Source: Mobula hypostoma
Lineage: Eukaryota
DNA length: 64,000 nt
NCBI RefSeq assembly: GCF_963921235.1
Contig: NC_086097.1
Span: 183,336,001 to 183,400,000, forward strand
Reading direction: 5' to 3'
The notes under the pieces are model-generated. The model had not been told where the DNA came from. It searched no databases and saw only the letters and a list, made by a program, of their open reading frames with translations. Position numbers and translations under genes: made by a program. Numbering within the stretch: the stretch's first letter is position 1; each line of letters starts with the position of its first letter. Positions 26,811-38,559 of this stretch are shown piece after piece.

Positions 26811-26964
26811 AAAAGGATCTAGTGCTTTTCCAGCATATATGACAAATAAACTCTTCTCGGGCTTCCAGATGGTACAGGATTTTAACTGACGTTTTGATGA
26901 CAAACTTTGCCATCTTCATCAGAGATGATCAAAATTGATACCTATACCTGACTGGAAGCCTGAG
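26811..26964 (-). mobile_element. ORF-less fold-back mini-element of the Poseidon-type PLE with degenerate hammerhead (26884-26926)
   Basis: Only pLTR sequence in inverted arrangement. TSD aagatttgtagct(g/a)t at 26796-26810 and 26965-26979. Minus-strand motif atct CTGATGA A GATGGCA-AAGTT-TGTCATC AAAAC GTC agtt. Confidence 0.8.
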
Positions 26965-27079
26965 AAGATTTGTAGCTATTTACTGTTTAAAATCTTCAGG
27001 CTGTATTTGTCAGGAAACATTCTTTCATGAGTTAAGATAGAAATATAATTTTAATAAAGAACAATTTTAAATTAATGAC

Positions 27080-28234
27080 AAATAGGAGAAAATGTGCAGC
27101 TGCTGGAAATCCAACCAACATATACAAAATGCTGGAGAAACTCAGCAGGCCAGACAGCATCTATGGAAAACAGTAAACAATCAATATTTTGGGCTGAGAA
27201 AGAAGATGAGAAACCAGAGTAAGAAGGTGGGGGGAGAGGAGGAAGAAATACAAGGTAGCAGGTGATAGGTGAAAGTGGATTCAGTCTTATGAATTCAATC
27301 AAATGTAAATCCAGAAGCCATGTCCAGCGGGATTCCACCACCAAACACATCTTTCCCTGTTCCCCACTTTCCGCTTTCTGCAGGGATCGCTATGGGACTC
27401 CCTTGTCCATTCGTCCCTCCCGACTGACCTCCCTCCTGGCACTTATACTTGCAAGCGGAACAAGTGCTACACCTGCACCTAAATCTCCTCCCTCACTACC
27501 ATTCAGGGTCCCAAACAGTCCTTCCAGGTGAGGCAACACTTCATCTGTGAGTCTGTTGGGGTCATCTACTGTATTCGGTGCTTCCAGTGTGGTCTCCCGT
27601 ATATCGATGAGACCCAACATAGATTGGGAGACCGCTTTGCTGAGCACCTATGCTCTGACTGCCACAAAAAGCAGGATCTCCCAGTGGCCACCCATTTTAA
27701 TTCCACTCTCATTCCCACTCTGACATGTCAGTCCATCATCTCCTTTACCCTTTACTGCCACCAAGATGCCACACTCAGGTTGGAGGAACAACACCTTATA
27801 TTCTGTTTGGTCGTCTCCAACTTGATGGCATGAACGGAGATTTCTCAAACTTCAGTAATGCCCCCCAGCCTCCACGTAATCATTACCTATTTCCATTTCC
27901 CTTTCTCACCTTATCTCCTTACCCGCCCATCACCCTCCTCTGGTGCTCCTTTCCCTTCCCCTTTCTTCCATGGCCTTCTGTCCTCTCCTATCAGATTCCC
28001 CCCTCTCCATTTATCTCTTTCACCAATCGACTTCCCAGCTCTTTACTTCACCCCTTCCTCCCTCCCGGTTTCACCTGTCACCTGCTACCTTGTATTTCTT
28101 CCTCCCCTCTCCCCACCTTCTTACTCTGGCTTCTCGTCTTTTTTTTTGCTCCAGTCCTGATACAGGGTCATCAACTGTTCATTCTTTTCTATAGATGCTG
28201 CCTGCCGTGCTGAATACTTCCAGCAATTTGTGTG
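27080..28234 (+). mobile_element. Penelope-like element (Neptune-type), 5'-truncated, with inverted pLTR
   Basis: GIY-YIG remnant FICESVGVIYCIRCFQCGLPYIDETQHRLGDRFAEHL. 27080-27190 is inverted relative to 28165-28234. TSD tttaaattaat at 27066-27076 and 28235-28245. Confidence 0.88.
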
Positions 28235-28699
28235 TTTAAATTAATTACTTCACTTTCAAACAAACATGAGGAATACTATTGTCTTCACTCATCCAAAATG
28301 GTAGATTTTTTTTGTTGCTCTCCTGAGCTATCAATTCCAACAACAAAGATTGAACTAATAAGCAAGAAAATATGAACACCCAGGCAGTAATAAAAGTTAT
28401 TGGATGTTTTCACAAATAAACACGATTTACAATCTGGGCTGCCGAATCAAATGGCAGATATCAAATTACAGATAAACAGCTCTGAGCAGGTAATTTTTAC
28501 ACGGCCGGAAAACTGCATGGCACTTTAATTTTTTTTGTAATTATGCATACTATTGATGTTTAGAGTGAAAATTGAAGAAGTCACATACTTTTGATTATAC
28601 TTATTAATTGAAGAGTATAATGAAATAAAGTACAACAAAGAAAATCCTTCATGTTTCATAAACTTTTTCTCATCCATCTTTGTTACAAATTCATTGTTT

Positions 28700-29160
28700 A
28701 TCTCTCTCTCTCTCTCTGGCTATCCACCCCATGGGATGATGATGGTTCCTTTCAGTCAGTTAGTGGGGAACCCCACTCCTCAGAAAGGAACAGCATGTGC
28801 GTGATTGGATTTTAGGTGAGCAGGGGTTTGCACAGGTCCAGACCTACCCTCTCGACATCCCCTCCCAGATCCAGTAGCATGGCTGGGGGAAGTTCTGTTG
28901 CAATGAATGGCCAGACCAAGCTTCGATGCAAGGGATGCCCTTTCCGCACTTCACAGCATATGTTTGTTAGATGGCCGTTGACCCTACGAGAGGGTTCATC
29001 TGCTCTTCGACAGGTCTTGTTTTTCGTCCTGCAGGTTTCTAGCCACCCTCCTCACCAGGCAAGCCTGGTGGGGGAGCTGGTTTAGTCGCTGACCACCTGA
29101 CCATGCGACAGGTAGTACTGGGTTACATGGCATCAGTAGCACTCAGACGAGTGACCTGAC
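28700..29160 (-). mobile_element. Short non-autonomous retroelement with (AG)n tail, possibly RTE-derived
   Basis: GC-richer 460-bp block in AT-rich flanks; minus strand ends ...catcatcccatggggtggatagcc(AG)n; no ORF, no tRNA head seen. Confidence 0.45.
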
Positions 29161-29209
29161 CTTATTTATAAACATTGTTTATAAACACTGTCCAGATTAA
29201 AGATATATC

Positions 29210-29830
29210 GTAATCCTCATTAGATCATCCAAATGTTTCACCTCTAGTCTGCTTCTGGTTTTACATTTATTTGAATTCATAACACTGAACCCACTTAGAA
29301 GACTGAAATATTCCAACGATGTCAACAACTTTTGACAATTCTTCGAATTCTTCTTTTCTAAGCAAGTAGTTCAACATATCAATGAAACATCTTAATTGAA
29401 CCAGTCCCAACTTTCGCAGAAATGACAAATTTGAAATCACAATATTGCTGCAATATTTGAGGCATCACTATCGTCATAGTTCATAATAGTAGCAGAGTAT
29501 TTTTTGTCAATGTTGTACAACATTCTCTTTCCAAGTTCAAAAATTGGTTGCATTTGCAATAACAACTTGGTCAAAAGCTTTTCTTTCTCTTAACTCTTTG
29601 TCGGGAAATCTACTATCCAAGTGATTATGCTCATGTTGAAAGAGTTGAATAAGAGTCACAGAATGAACGTTAGAACTTGTAGATACAAGCAGATCTTTCA
29701 CTTTGTCAGTCCAATAAACGGTATCGCCTAGAATCTGTGACCATAACTTGTCGACATCGGCGTTCAGTGGGCTAATGATTTATTAACGATGAGCTACTGA
29801 CTTCCATTCTGTGTGTATTGTTACAATTTA
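29210..29830 (-). mobile_element. hAT transposase C-terminal remnant
   Basis: Minus-strand translation EFEELSKVVDIVGIFQSS..GFSVMNSNKCKTRSRLEVKHLDDLMRI matches the hAT dimerization-domain pattern (GFS.MN.IK...R.RL....L..LM). Confidence 0.6.
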
Positions 29831-32149
29831 TAACAGTGTTGTAACTTGAAACACTGACAATGTAAGTAAGTCGAAGCTCTAAAATGTAGCAAAGTAAAGA
29901 TTATGGTACATTTATTATTTAGAACATTTATTGATTATATGCATTAACATAATTACAGGGTATTCCACAATTATATTAACATTGATTTCAAAATTATACC
30001 AGCATAATTTCAAAATTATATTAACATTATATAAAATAAAATTGCAGCTGCTTGGCAACAAAGGATGTGTGTGCAGAGCATTTCAGTTACTGCTTGGCAT
30101 GCAACTGTGCATCTTAGAGGGAAGAATGCTAGCAAAGAAAAAGTTGATACCAAGTAAATCTACTGAAACCAACATATAAAAATTAAGATATAAAAGATGA
30201 TCCCAAAGATGCCAGCTCAATACATTGCCAAATGGAGGATTGTGCCAATCATTACCAGGATATCAAGATCATGGAAATTTCAACACCGGAAGGACCTTGA
30301 TCTAATACTCCTCACCTTGTTCACTAATCGAAAGAAAAACAAGGAAGTCTGAGAGATGCGTGTAAACTTTGTATTTTTACTTTTAGTGAGGTGTGCACTT
30401 GTGATGTGGTCATGTAATGATGTATGCCATTCACATACTTTTCGCCAGGTCACTATAGCTGGGTGGTATGGCGCAGATTCCATTTGTTTTCAGAAATGGC
30501 AAACTGTTCAGCAACAAATTGTGATCCATTGTCACTAAGTTTCTGGAATACCAGTCCCTGAGAAGAGGCTTCTCAGCACATCAACAATGTGCAAGTCTGT
30601 AGTGGAGGCTACTGGGAATACTTCTGGCCACATTGTAGCTGCATCCACTACTATCAAGAAATTTGTGCCCATGAATGGTCTGGCAAAATCTACATGAGTC
30701 CTCTGCCAGAGCAATGTATGCCATTCTCAGGGATGGATGAGTGCTGCTTTTGGCATCTTCTGGACAAGTTGGCATCCGGAACAGTGCATGGCAAGCTACT
30801 CAATCTGCTGATCTATCCCAGGCCACCTGACAAAGCTTCGAGCCAACACTTCCATTCTGACCATGCCTAGCTGGCCAACATGTAGCTCCTCCAACACTTT
30901 AGATCTTAGTTTGACACAACTCTCAATCCCCACATAAAGAAACCTCCATCAAGGGGCAGTTCACCCCTGTGCTGGTAAAAATGGGGGAAGTGGGATTTCT
31001 GCTGCACATTCCAGCCATTTTGGGTTACCATGTAAACATGTGACAGTGTAGGGAATTTCCTGGTTTCCCTTTGGATTGCCTCTGTTGTAATAAGGAGACT
31101 TTCAATTTGCATTAGGGAAAATATGTCAAAAGGAACATCCTCTTTTGTAAATTTTTCAGGTACTGTACTTCAGACAATCCATCATCATTTCCATGATTAG
31201 TTGTCCTCTTGAATTCAATATTATAATGGTGTCATCCAAGAAACAGAGACCCTAACTTTGTATTCATGGTGCTGGTGTTAATGGAACACCCTCCTGTGGA
31301 TTGAAAATAGACATTAGTGGTTGATGATCATTAATGAGGGTAAACTTTCTCCCATACAAGTACTGGTTGAAATGTTTTACATCCCAAACCAGACTCAAGG
31401 CCTGTCTATCTTTGCTTAATTTTTCTCTGCAGCGGTAAGGGAATGTGATGCAAAGGCTATGGGCAATTAACTTCCATCATTCATAATGTGACATGATGCA
31501 CCTATACCATAAGGCGAGGCATCACAGAAAAGTTTCACTGGATGATATAGATCATATTATTTGAGTACAGTGTCTGATGCCACCATTTTCCTTACCTTTG
31601 GAAAAGCTCCTCACACTGCTTTGTCCATTGCCATTTCTCCTTGATCTGTAGTAATGAGTTCAAGGGCTGGAGCACAGAAGCCAGGTTTGGCAGGAACCTG
31701 TTTTAGTAATTGACAAATTCTAAAAAAGGACTGCAACTGTGAAACGTCCTTTGGTCTTGGGACTTCCACCATTGCTTGAGTTTTGTTAGCACACATGTAA
31801 ATCTTGTGCATCAATGGTGTGACCACAGTAAGTGATGCTTGGTTTAAAGAATTCACACTTGATGTGTTGTGCTCTAACCCTATAATCTAATCTTTTTAAC
31901 ATTGTCTTCATATATTGAAGACATTCCTCGTGATCCTCACTGGCAACACTGAATTCCTGGACAGTCTTGCAGCTCTAGGTCCATAGCTTTCTGTCAGAAT
32001 GAAAGTGTAGGTCCAAAAATAAGCCTATTATAGCAATAAAGTCCTGTGTGAGTTTATGGTGAGAAATACTTTGGACTCTTCTTCCATCTCCATCTGTAGG
32101 TAGGCCTCAGCTAAGTCCACTTTGCTTAAGTGTTATCCTCCAGAAATGG

Positions 32150-32886
32150 TAGTGCATTGAGGAATACTGTAGAACAAAGAGACCTGGGAAGACAGATCCA
32201 TATTTCATTGAAAGTGGTGTCACAAGTAGATAGGGTCGTTAAGAATGCTTTTCGCACATTGGCCTTCATAAATCAAAATACTAAGTAGAGGAGATGGGAT
32301 GTTATGTTGAAGTTATATAAGATATTGGTGATGCCTAATTTGGAGTATTGTGTGCAGTTTTGATCACCTACCTACAGGAAAGATGTAAACAAGGTTGAAA
32401 GAGTACAAAGAAAATTTACAAGGACATTGCAGGGACTGGAGGACCCAAGTTGTGAGGAAAGATTGAATAGGTTAGGACTTTATTACTTGGAACGTAGAAG
32501 ATTGAAGGGAGATTTGATAAAGATATACAAAATTATAGGGGATATAGATAGGGTAAATGCAAGCAGGCCTTTTCCACTGAGGTTTGGTGAACTACATCCA
32601 GAGGTCATAGGCTAAAGGTGAAAGGTGAAAAGTATAAGGGGAACATGAGGGGATACTTCTTCATTCAGAGGGCTGTGAGATTGTGGAATGAGCTGCAAGC
32701 ACAAGTGGTGCATGCGAGCTCGATTTCAATATTTAACAGAAGTTTGGATAGGTACATGGATAGTAGGTGTATGGATGGCTATGGTCCCAGTACAAGTTGA
32801 TGGGAGTAGGCAGCTTAAATGTTTGACGCAGACTAGATGGGCTGAAGGGTCTGTTTATGTGCTGTACTCTTCTATGAGTCTATAAC
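32150..32886 (+). mobile_element. CR1 3' fragment inserted in the Gypsy RT region
   Basis: RLNRLGLYYLERRRLKGDLI and GYFFIQRAVRLWNEL; Gypsy sequence resumes at about 32887. Confidence 0.9.
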
Positions 32887-34252
32887 TCCATAAAGGTTTT
32901 CAAAGATATCCTCCATCCTGGACAGAGGGTATTGATCTACCTTTATCACTGGATTGATGGTGACCTTAATATCACCTCGGATCCTGACAAACCCATTCTT
33001 CTTGGGTACTGGGACCACTGGTGTTGCCTATGGGCTCCACTCAACCTTGGAAAACACTTCTTCAGTTTCCATGCAATCTAGCTCACTGGCTACTTTGTCA
33101 CAGATGGTATAAGGAACCGGATGGGCTTGGTAAAACTTGGGTGTGGCATTTTCATTTAACACTTATTTTATCCTTGATATGTTTCAGTTCTCCAATACAA
33201 TCCTTGAACACTGCTTAGCATCATCCAGTACCTTTCTTAATTCATTTTCTGTTGCCTCTTTTGCACGCTATATGCAATGCAAATGGTGGATGGATCTCCA
33301 ATCAAGTTATAGTTGTCTCAGTCAATCACGACCCCACGATGTGGGCCCTCCTGTTTTTACCATTTACAAGCACAATGTGGCTTGTTGGTTGTTGTATTTC
33401 ACTATTTCAAATGTCATTCCCACAGGAGTTTTTTTTTCTCTCCAGTATAAGTTGTTAGTTGGATATCTGCAGGTTTCACTTCAGTATCTTTGAAATGCAA
33501 TTCAACCTCATTTTGTGGAGTGACTAAAACCGCCGAGCCAGTGTCCAATTTCACTTTAATTAATTTGCCGTTCACTTCTGGTGTAAGCCATATTGCTTAT
33601 CTCATGTTAGTTTTTACATGTAAATTTCAAGGCTACTCAGTCCTGAGTCATTCTCATCATTATCAGATTTTTTATTAACAGCATGCAGATTAGTGCACCT
33701 TTTGAAATTTCAACTTTACTTTTTATTTTTTTCTCTTCCCTGTGCAGTCCATTTATTTTTGTCTGCCCGATATACTCTTTATACAATAAATATTCTACTT
33801 TGTCGCATTTTCTGCATGTTGTGCCTTTAAACCTGTATTAGTCTGGTGTATATAAGCTCCTGCCACAATGGTAACGCAATTCGTTTGGTCAGGTAGGTCT
33901 CTGTTCAGATGTTGAATTTCGTTCACGCGTGCATTCATTCCTGACTGCAACTCAATCGCGACTCTGACCGTTGTTTCCATTGATACAACCATTACAACTA
34001 CAACTACTTTCAAGTGTGAGTTTTGCTTCAGTTAGTAGCTGTTTTTGAATGCTTGCTTATAATATTCCACAAAATAAACAATCTTTCAGTGCACCATTAA
34101 GCCAATGACTGAACTGACAATGGTCAGACAATCTCTTCCATTCAGCTACCCCAGCGGCCTTTTGATTTAGCTTATGAAAACTAAAGTGTTCTGCAACCAG
34201 CAATGGTTTCATTTCTAAATGTTCCTGCATTATATTCATGATATCAGCAAAG

Positions 34253-36653
34253 GAGGGAGGAGAAGATGGCGGCGCGACACAGCGCGCACGGCCTCTCCGG
34301 TAAATGATATCTGTATTTGTTAAGTAGGATGCCGTGCACAATCCTGATTTGATGGAGACAGACGTGAGAAGCATGGAGGAACATCTGGAGAAACTTCTGA
34401 AATGCCTGCTTCGCTGCTGCTGCTACTGTGCAATCAAGAATCTCCGGAGGGGAAGGCCCCAAATCCCTCGGCTTTGCTTGTTGCTTGGCGGCCGGGGCCG
34501 GGGTCGAAGCGCTCAGCAGAGATGGTGCTCAGTGCTCAGTGTTGGAGGGCTAGTCGGAGGCTCAAAGCTTTCGGACGGACTCGAGTCGGCTGTGGTCGGG
34601 TGCTTCCAGGGTGCTGCATCGGCAAGTTTGCGGCGCTGGAGGTTCATGGCGGGGAGAGTTTTCTTCCTTCTACCGTCTGCGTGAGATGAGGGGGCTATCG
34701 GGACTTGAGACTTTTTTTTATCATGCCCATCATCTGTTCTTTATCAAATTATGGTACTGCTTTGTACTGTTGTAACTATATGTTATAATTATGTGTTTTT
34801 TGTCAGTTTTTTAGTCCTGGTCTGTCTTGTGTTTCTGTAATATCACACTGGAGGAACATTGTATCATTTCTTAAATAGGTCTTAAATAGGTTTTTTGAGT
34901 CTGTATTTACTAAGGAAGCTGGCATGAAATCTATGGAATTGAGGAAATCAAGTAGTGAGACCATGGAAACTGTACAGATTGAAAAGGAGGAGGTGCTTGC
35001 TGTCTTGAGGAAAATTAAAGTGGATAAATCCCCGGGACCTGACAGAGTGTTCCCTTGGACCTTGAAGGAGACTAGTGTTGAAATTGCAGGGGCCCTGGCA
35101 GAAATATTTAAAATGTCGCTGTCTACGGGTGAAATGCCGGAGGATTGGAGAGTGGCTCATGTTGTTCCGTTGTTTAAAAAAGGATCGAAAAGTAATCCGG
35201 GAAATTATAGGCCGGTGAGTTTAACATCAGTAGTAGGTAAGTTATTGGAGGGAGTACTAAGAGACAGAATCTACAAGCATTTGGATAGACAGGGGCTTAT
35301 TAGGGAGAGTCAACATGGCTTTGTGCGTGGTAGGTCATGTTTGACCAATCTGTTGGAGTTTTTCGAGGAGGTTACCAGGAAAGTGGATGAAGGGAAGGCA
35401 GTGGATATTGTCTACATGGACTTCAGTAAGGCCTTTGACAAGGTCCCGCATGGGAGATTAGCTAGGAAAATTCAGTCGCTAGGTATACATGGAGAGGTGG
35501 TAGATTGGATTAGACATTGGCTCGATGGAAGAAGCCAGAGAGTGGTGGTAGAGAATTGCTTCTCTGAGTGGAGGCCTGTGACTAGTGGTGTGCCACAGGG
35601 ATCAGTGCTGGGTCCATTGTTATTTGTCATCTATATCAATGATCTGGATGATAATGTGGTAAGTTGGATCAGCAAGTTTGCTGATGATACAAAGATTGGA
35701 GGTGTAGTAGACAGTGAGGAAGGTTTTCAGAGCCTGCAGAAGGACTTGGACCAGCTGGAAAAATGGGCTGAAAAATGGCAGATGGAGTTTAATACTGACA
35801 AGTGTGAGGTATTGCACGTTGGAAGGACAAACCAACGTAGAACATACAGGGTTAATGGTAAGGCACTGAGGAGTGCAGTGGAACAGAGGGATCTGGGAAT
35901 ACAGATACAAAATTCCCTAAAAGTGTCGTCACAGGTAGATAGGGTCGTAAAGAGAGCTTTTGGTACATTGGCCTTTATTAATCGAAGTATTGAGTATAAG
36001 AGCTGGAATGTTATGATGAGGTTGTATAAGGCATTGGTGAGGCCGAATCTGGAGTATTGTGTTCAGTTTTGGTCACCAAATTACAGGAAGGATATAAATA
36101 AGGTTGAAAGAGTGCAGAGAAGGTTTACAAGGATGTTGCCGGGACTTGAGAAACTCAGTTACAGGGAAAGGTTGAATAGGTTAGGACTATTCCCTGCAGC
36201 GTAGAAGAATGAGGGGAGATTTGATAGAGGTATATAAAATTATGATGGGTATAGATAGAGTGAATGCAAGCAGGCTTTTTCCACTGAGGCAAGGGGAGAA
36301 AAAAACCAGAGGACATGGGTTAAGGGTAAGGGGGGAAAAGTTTAAATGGAACATTAGCGGGGGCTTCTTCACACAGAGAGTGGTGGGAGTATGGAATGAG
36401 CTGCCAGACGAGGTGGTAAATGCGGGTTCTTTTTTAACATTTAAGAATAAATTGGACAGATACATGGATGGGAGGTGTATGGAGGGATATGGTCAGTGGG
36501 ACTAGGCAGAAAATGGTTCGGCACAGCCAAGAAGGGCCAAAGGGCCTGTTTCTGTGCTGTAGTTTCTATAGTTTCTATGGTTTCTATGGTTTCTTAATGC
36601 ATACATTACTAAATGACAATAAACGAGGACTGCATGTCCTCATAATCTAATCT
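34253..36653 (+). mobile_element. About 680-bp non-autonomous retroelement (34253-34874 plus 36590-36653) split by a young CR1
   Basis: Starts GGAGAAGATGGCGGCGC and ends AAATGACAATAAACGAGGACTGCATGTCCTCATAATCTAATCTAA. Second copy at 43568-44181 (minus). Confidence 0.8.
34875..36590 (+). mobile_element. Young 5'-truncated CR1 LINE with 426-aa open RT frame
   Basis: ORF 34924-36204 carries all RT motifs ([34 protein letters not shown]); one frameshift near 36195; (TTTCTATRG)n tail; tttcttaa duplicated at 34867-34874 and 36590-36597. Confidence 0.96.
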
Positions 36654-37606
36654 AAGCTTATTTCAGCTGGTTTGATTGGAGGAGTCGAACTTCCAAGCAA
36701 ACTGTATGCCTTTCCACGAATAGCACTCGGCAAAACTGGCACTCATTTTTCATCGGCTATTCCATTTGCTTTAAAATACATATATTCCAGTTATCTGTTG
36801 TGCAACTGAACGTGACTATCTTTCCAATGAAGCCAGCCATTTCTACTTTTTAAAAAAATTATTATTATCATCTTCTAGTTATCACTGTTTATGAACCCCT
36901 GAATTCGTCCATATCAGCCTTTTTTAAAAAACTCAAATGTGTCACTGCGTTTTTTTTTACTTGAATGTCTTGCGGTGCTTCAACAGGTAGGTAGTCATCT
37001 CAGGTTCATTTAAAACTTTCTCATTGCTACTGTTGTGTTTTGTAACACGAAAGCATAAAAGCATAAAGCAAAAACAAGGGAGCCTGAGAGATGCATGAAA
37101 AATTCATTTTTTATTTTTAGTGAAGTGTGCACATATGACATGGTGGCGTATGCCATTTATGTACTTTTACATATAACCTGCAATGCATTATTTAAACAAA
37201 GAATGCTTAATCAAACAAAGATTTACAATGTAACTGAAATATTAAATACAGAACAGGGCTGGCTTCCTGAAGTGCTGGCATTTTTGCCAGCTATAAAAAG
37301 AACCCTCACCCAAACTTGCAAGACCTCCATAATTAAGTTATTTCAATGTTTTTTGAACCATCGTGTGTATGTTACCTTAAAAACAGTTTACTGTAGAAGA
37401 TACAAAACTATTTTAGAAATTACACACCCTATGTTGATAGTTCATACCCTTTATACAAATTGTTTTTTGATTATACATCCACAGAGATGTGTTGTGACAG
37501 CATTTATAACTGAATATAAATTTGTTTCTATTATTTTAAACAAGTAGGTCTTTGAGTAAGTATTTACTCATTTTTGGCATGATTAATTAAGCTTCATTAC
37601 ACTTAC

Positions 37607-37681
37607 TTGCTCATAGACAATATTTGTAACCACTGAGGAGGTCAAGTCTTTAGGATAATGAAGAAAGCATAATCCTCCAGT
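37607..37681 (-). CDS. TMEM67: TMEM67 exon 6
   Basis: tttttctAG, TGGLCFLHYPKDLTSSVVTNIVYEQ, GTAAGT; 75 nt; TGGLCF motif. Confidence 0.92.
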
Positions 37682-38065
37682 CTAGAAAAAAAAAGAGAAA
37701 TGCTACTAATTAAAACTAATTGTAGGTTCTTCTCTCAGATTTGTTTCTTAACTAAGTATTTTAATCTAAATATTTTATTACATCTTGAAACTACATTATT
37801 TTACAAAAGTAGCACAAATAAAACTATTTTTCCTAGGCAACTATCAACTGTGTGAGTATACAAAACCTATTGCTTATTATCAGATTTATAATTGATGTCT
37901 GTTCGGAAAGTACAGAAGCAAAAGCATAAACTGCTGGATGAACTTTGCTTGCTCCTGAATCAGCACCAGCAGCCTTTTGTATATCTAATATGCACAAGAA
38001 ATTTTCCTCCAACAGTTACATTAAAGAATACAGCACTTATGAACAATTTTTTAAAAATTGCTTAC

Positions 38066-38132
38066 CAAAATATTTGACTGACAATCACATGATTGTGTAG
38101 TATTAATGAATGTTTCATGACATCTGATGCAT
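38066..38132 (-). CDS. TMEM67: TMEM67 exon 5
   Basis: ttcattAG, CIRCHETFINTTQSCDCQSNIL, GTAAGC; 67 nt. Confidence 0.93.
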
Positions 38133-38559
38133 CTAATGAATGGAGTAAGAGCAATTGAAATTCATTAGTAAAATAATTCCCCACCTATCCTCAATTCACC
38201 TTAACCAATACTATCATTCCTCTAGCAACATTTCTTTTGGAGCATTGCAGGAGACCTCAGACCAATTTGCCGTAACACTCCCTGCGCATTTTTATGCCAG
38301 CCAAGACCTCCACAGCGAATCTTCAGTTTACTAGGTCTGGTTTCCCCATTTCCCAAGCAATCTGCTTGTTCTGATCATTCCTGTTTCTCTCCCCAGGCAA
38401 TATGTCAGTCTGTTTTCTTTTAATTCCCCAGGCAAACTGCAGTTCCTACTTGGTCAACACAAGTTCATTTCCTATTTATAAAGTTAATAACAAAGCATAT
38501 TAAATCTGAAATCTCTTCTAAAGAATTCCAATGCTTAAATGCAAGTAAGTATGTAAGTA

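Larger units (their letters stand above)
30325..37250 (-). mobile_element. Gypsy LTR retrotransposon (K02A2.6/Mag-like), decayed, with nested insertions
   Basis: LTR at 37031-37250 and partial LTR at about 30325-30442. gag (FADIMNIMQEHLEMKPLLVAEHFSFHK), protease (KVKLDTGSA), RT/RNaseH (EVPRPKDVSQLQSF) and integrase remnants; same family as 55130-59387. Confidence 0.87.

Noticed and set aside
34924..36204. 426-aa ORF as a host or domesticated RT gene
   Set aside because: 5'-truncated CR1 ORF2 with tail, TSD and a downstream frameshift; the open frame reflects youth, not function.
37095..37547. 150-aa ORF
   Set aside because: Spans a Gypsy LTR and AT-rich intron antisense to TMEM67; no recognisable domain.
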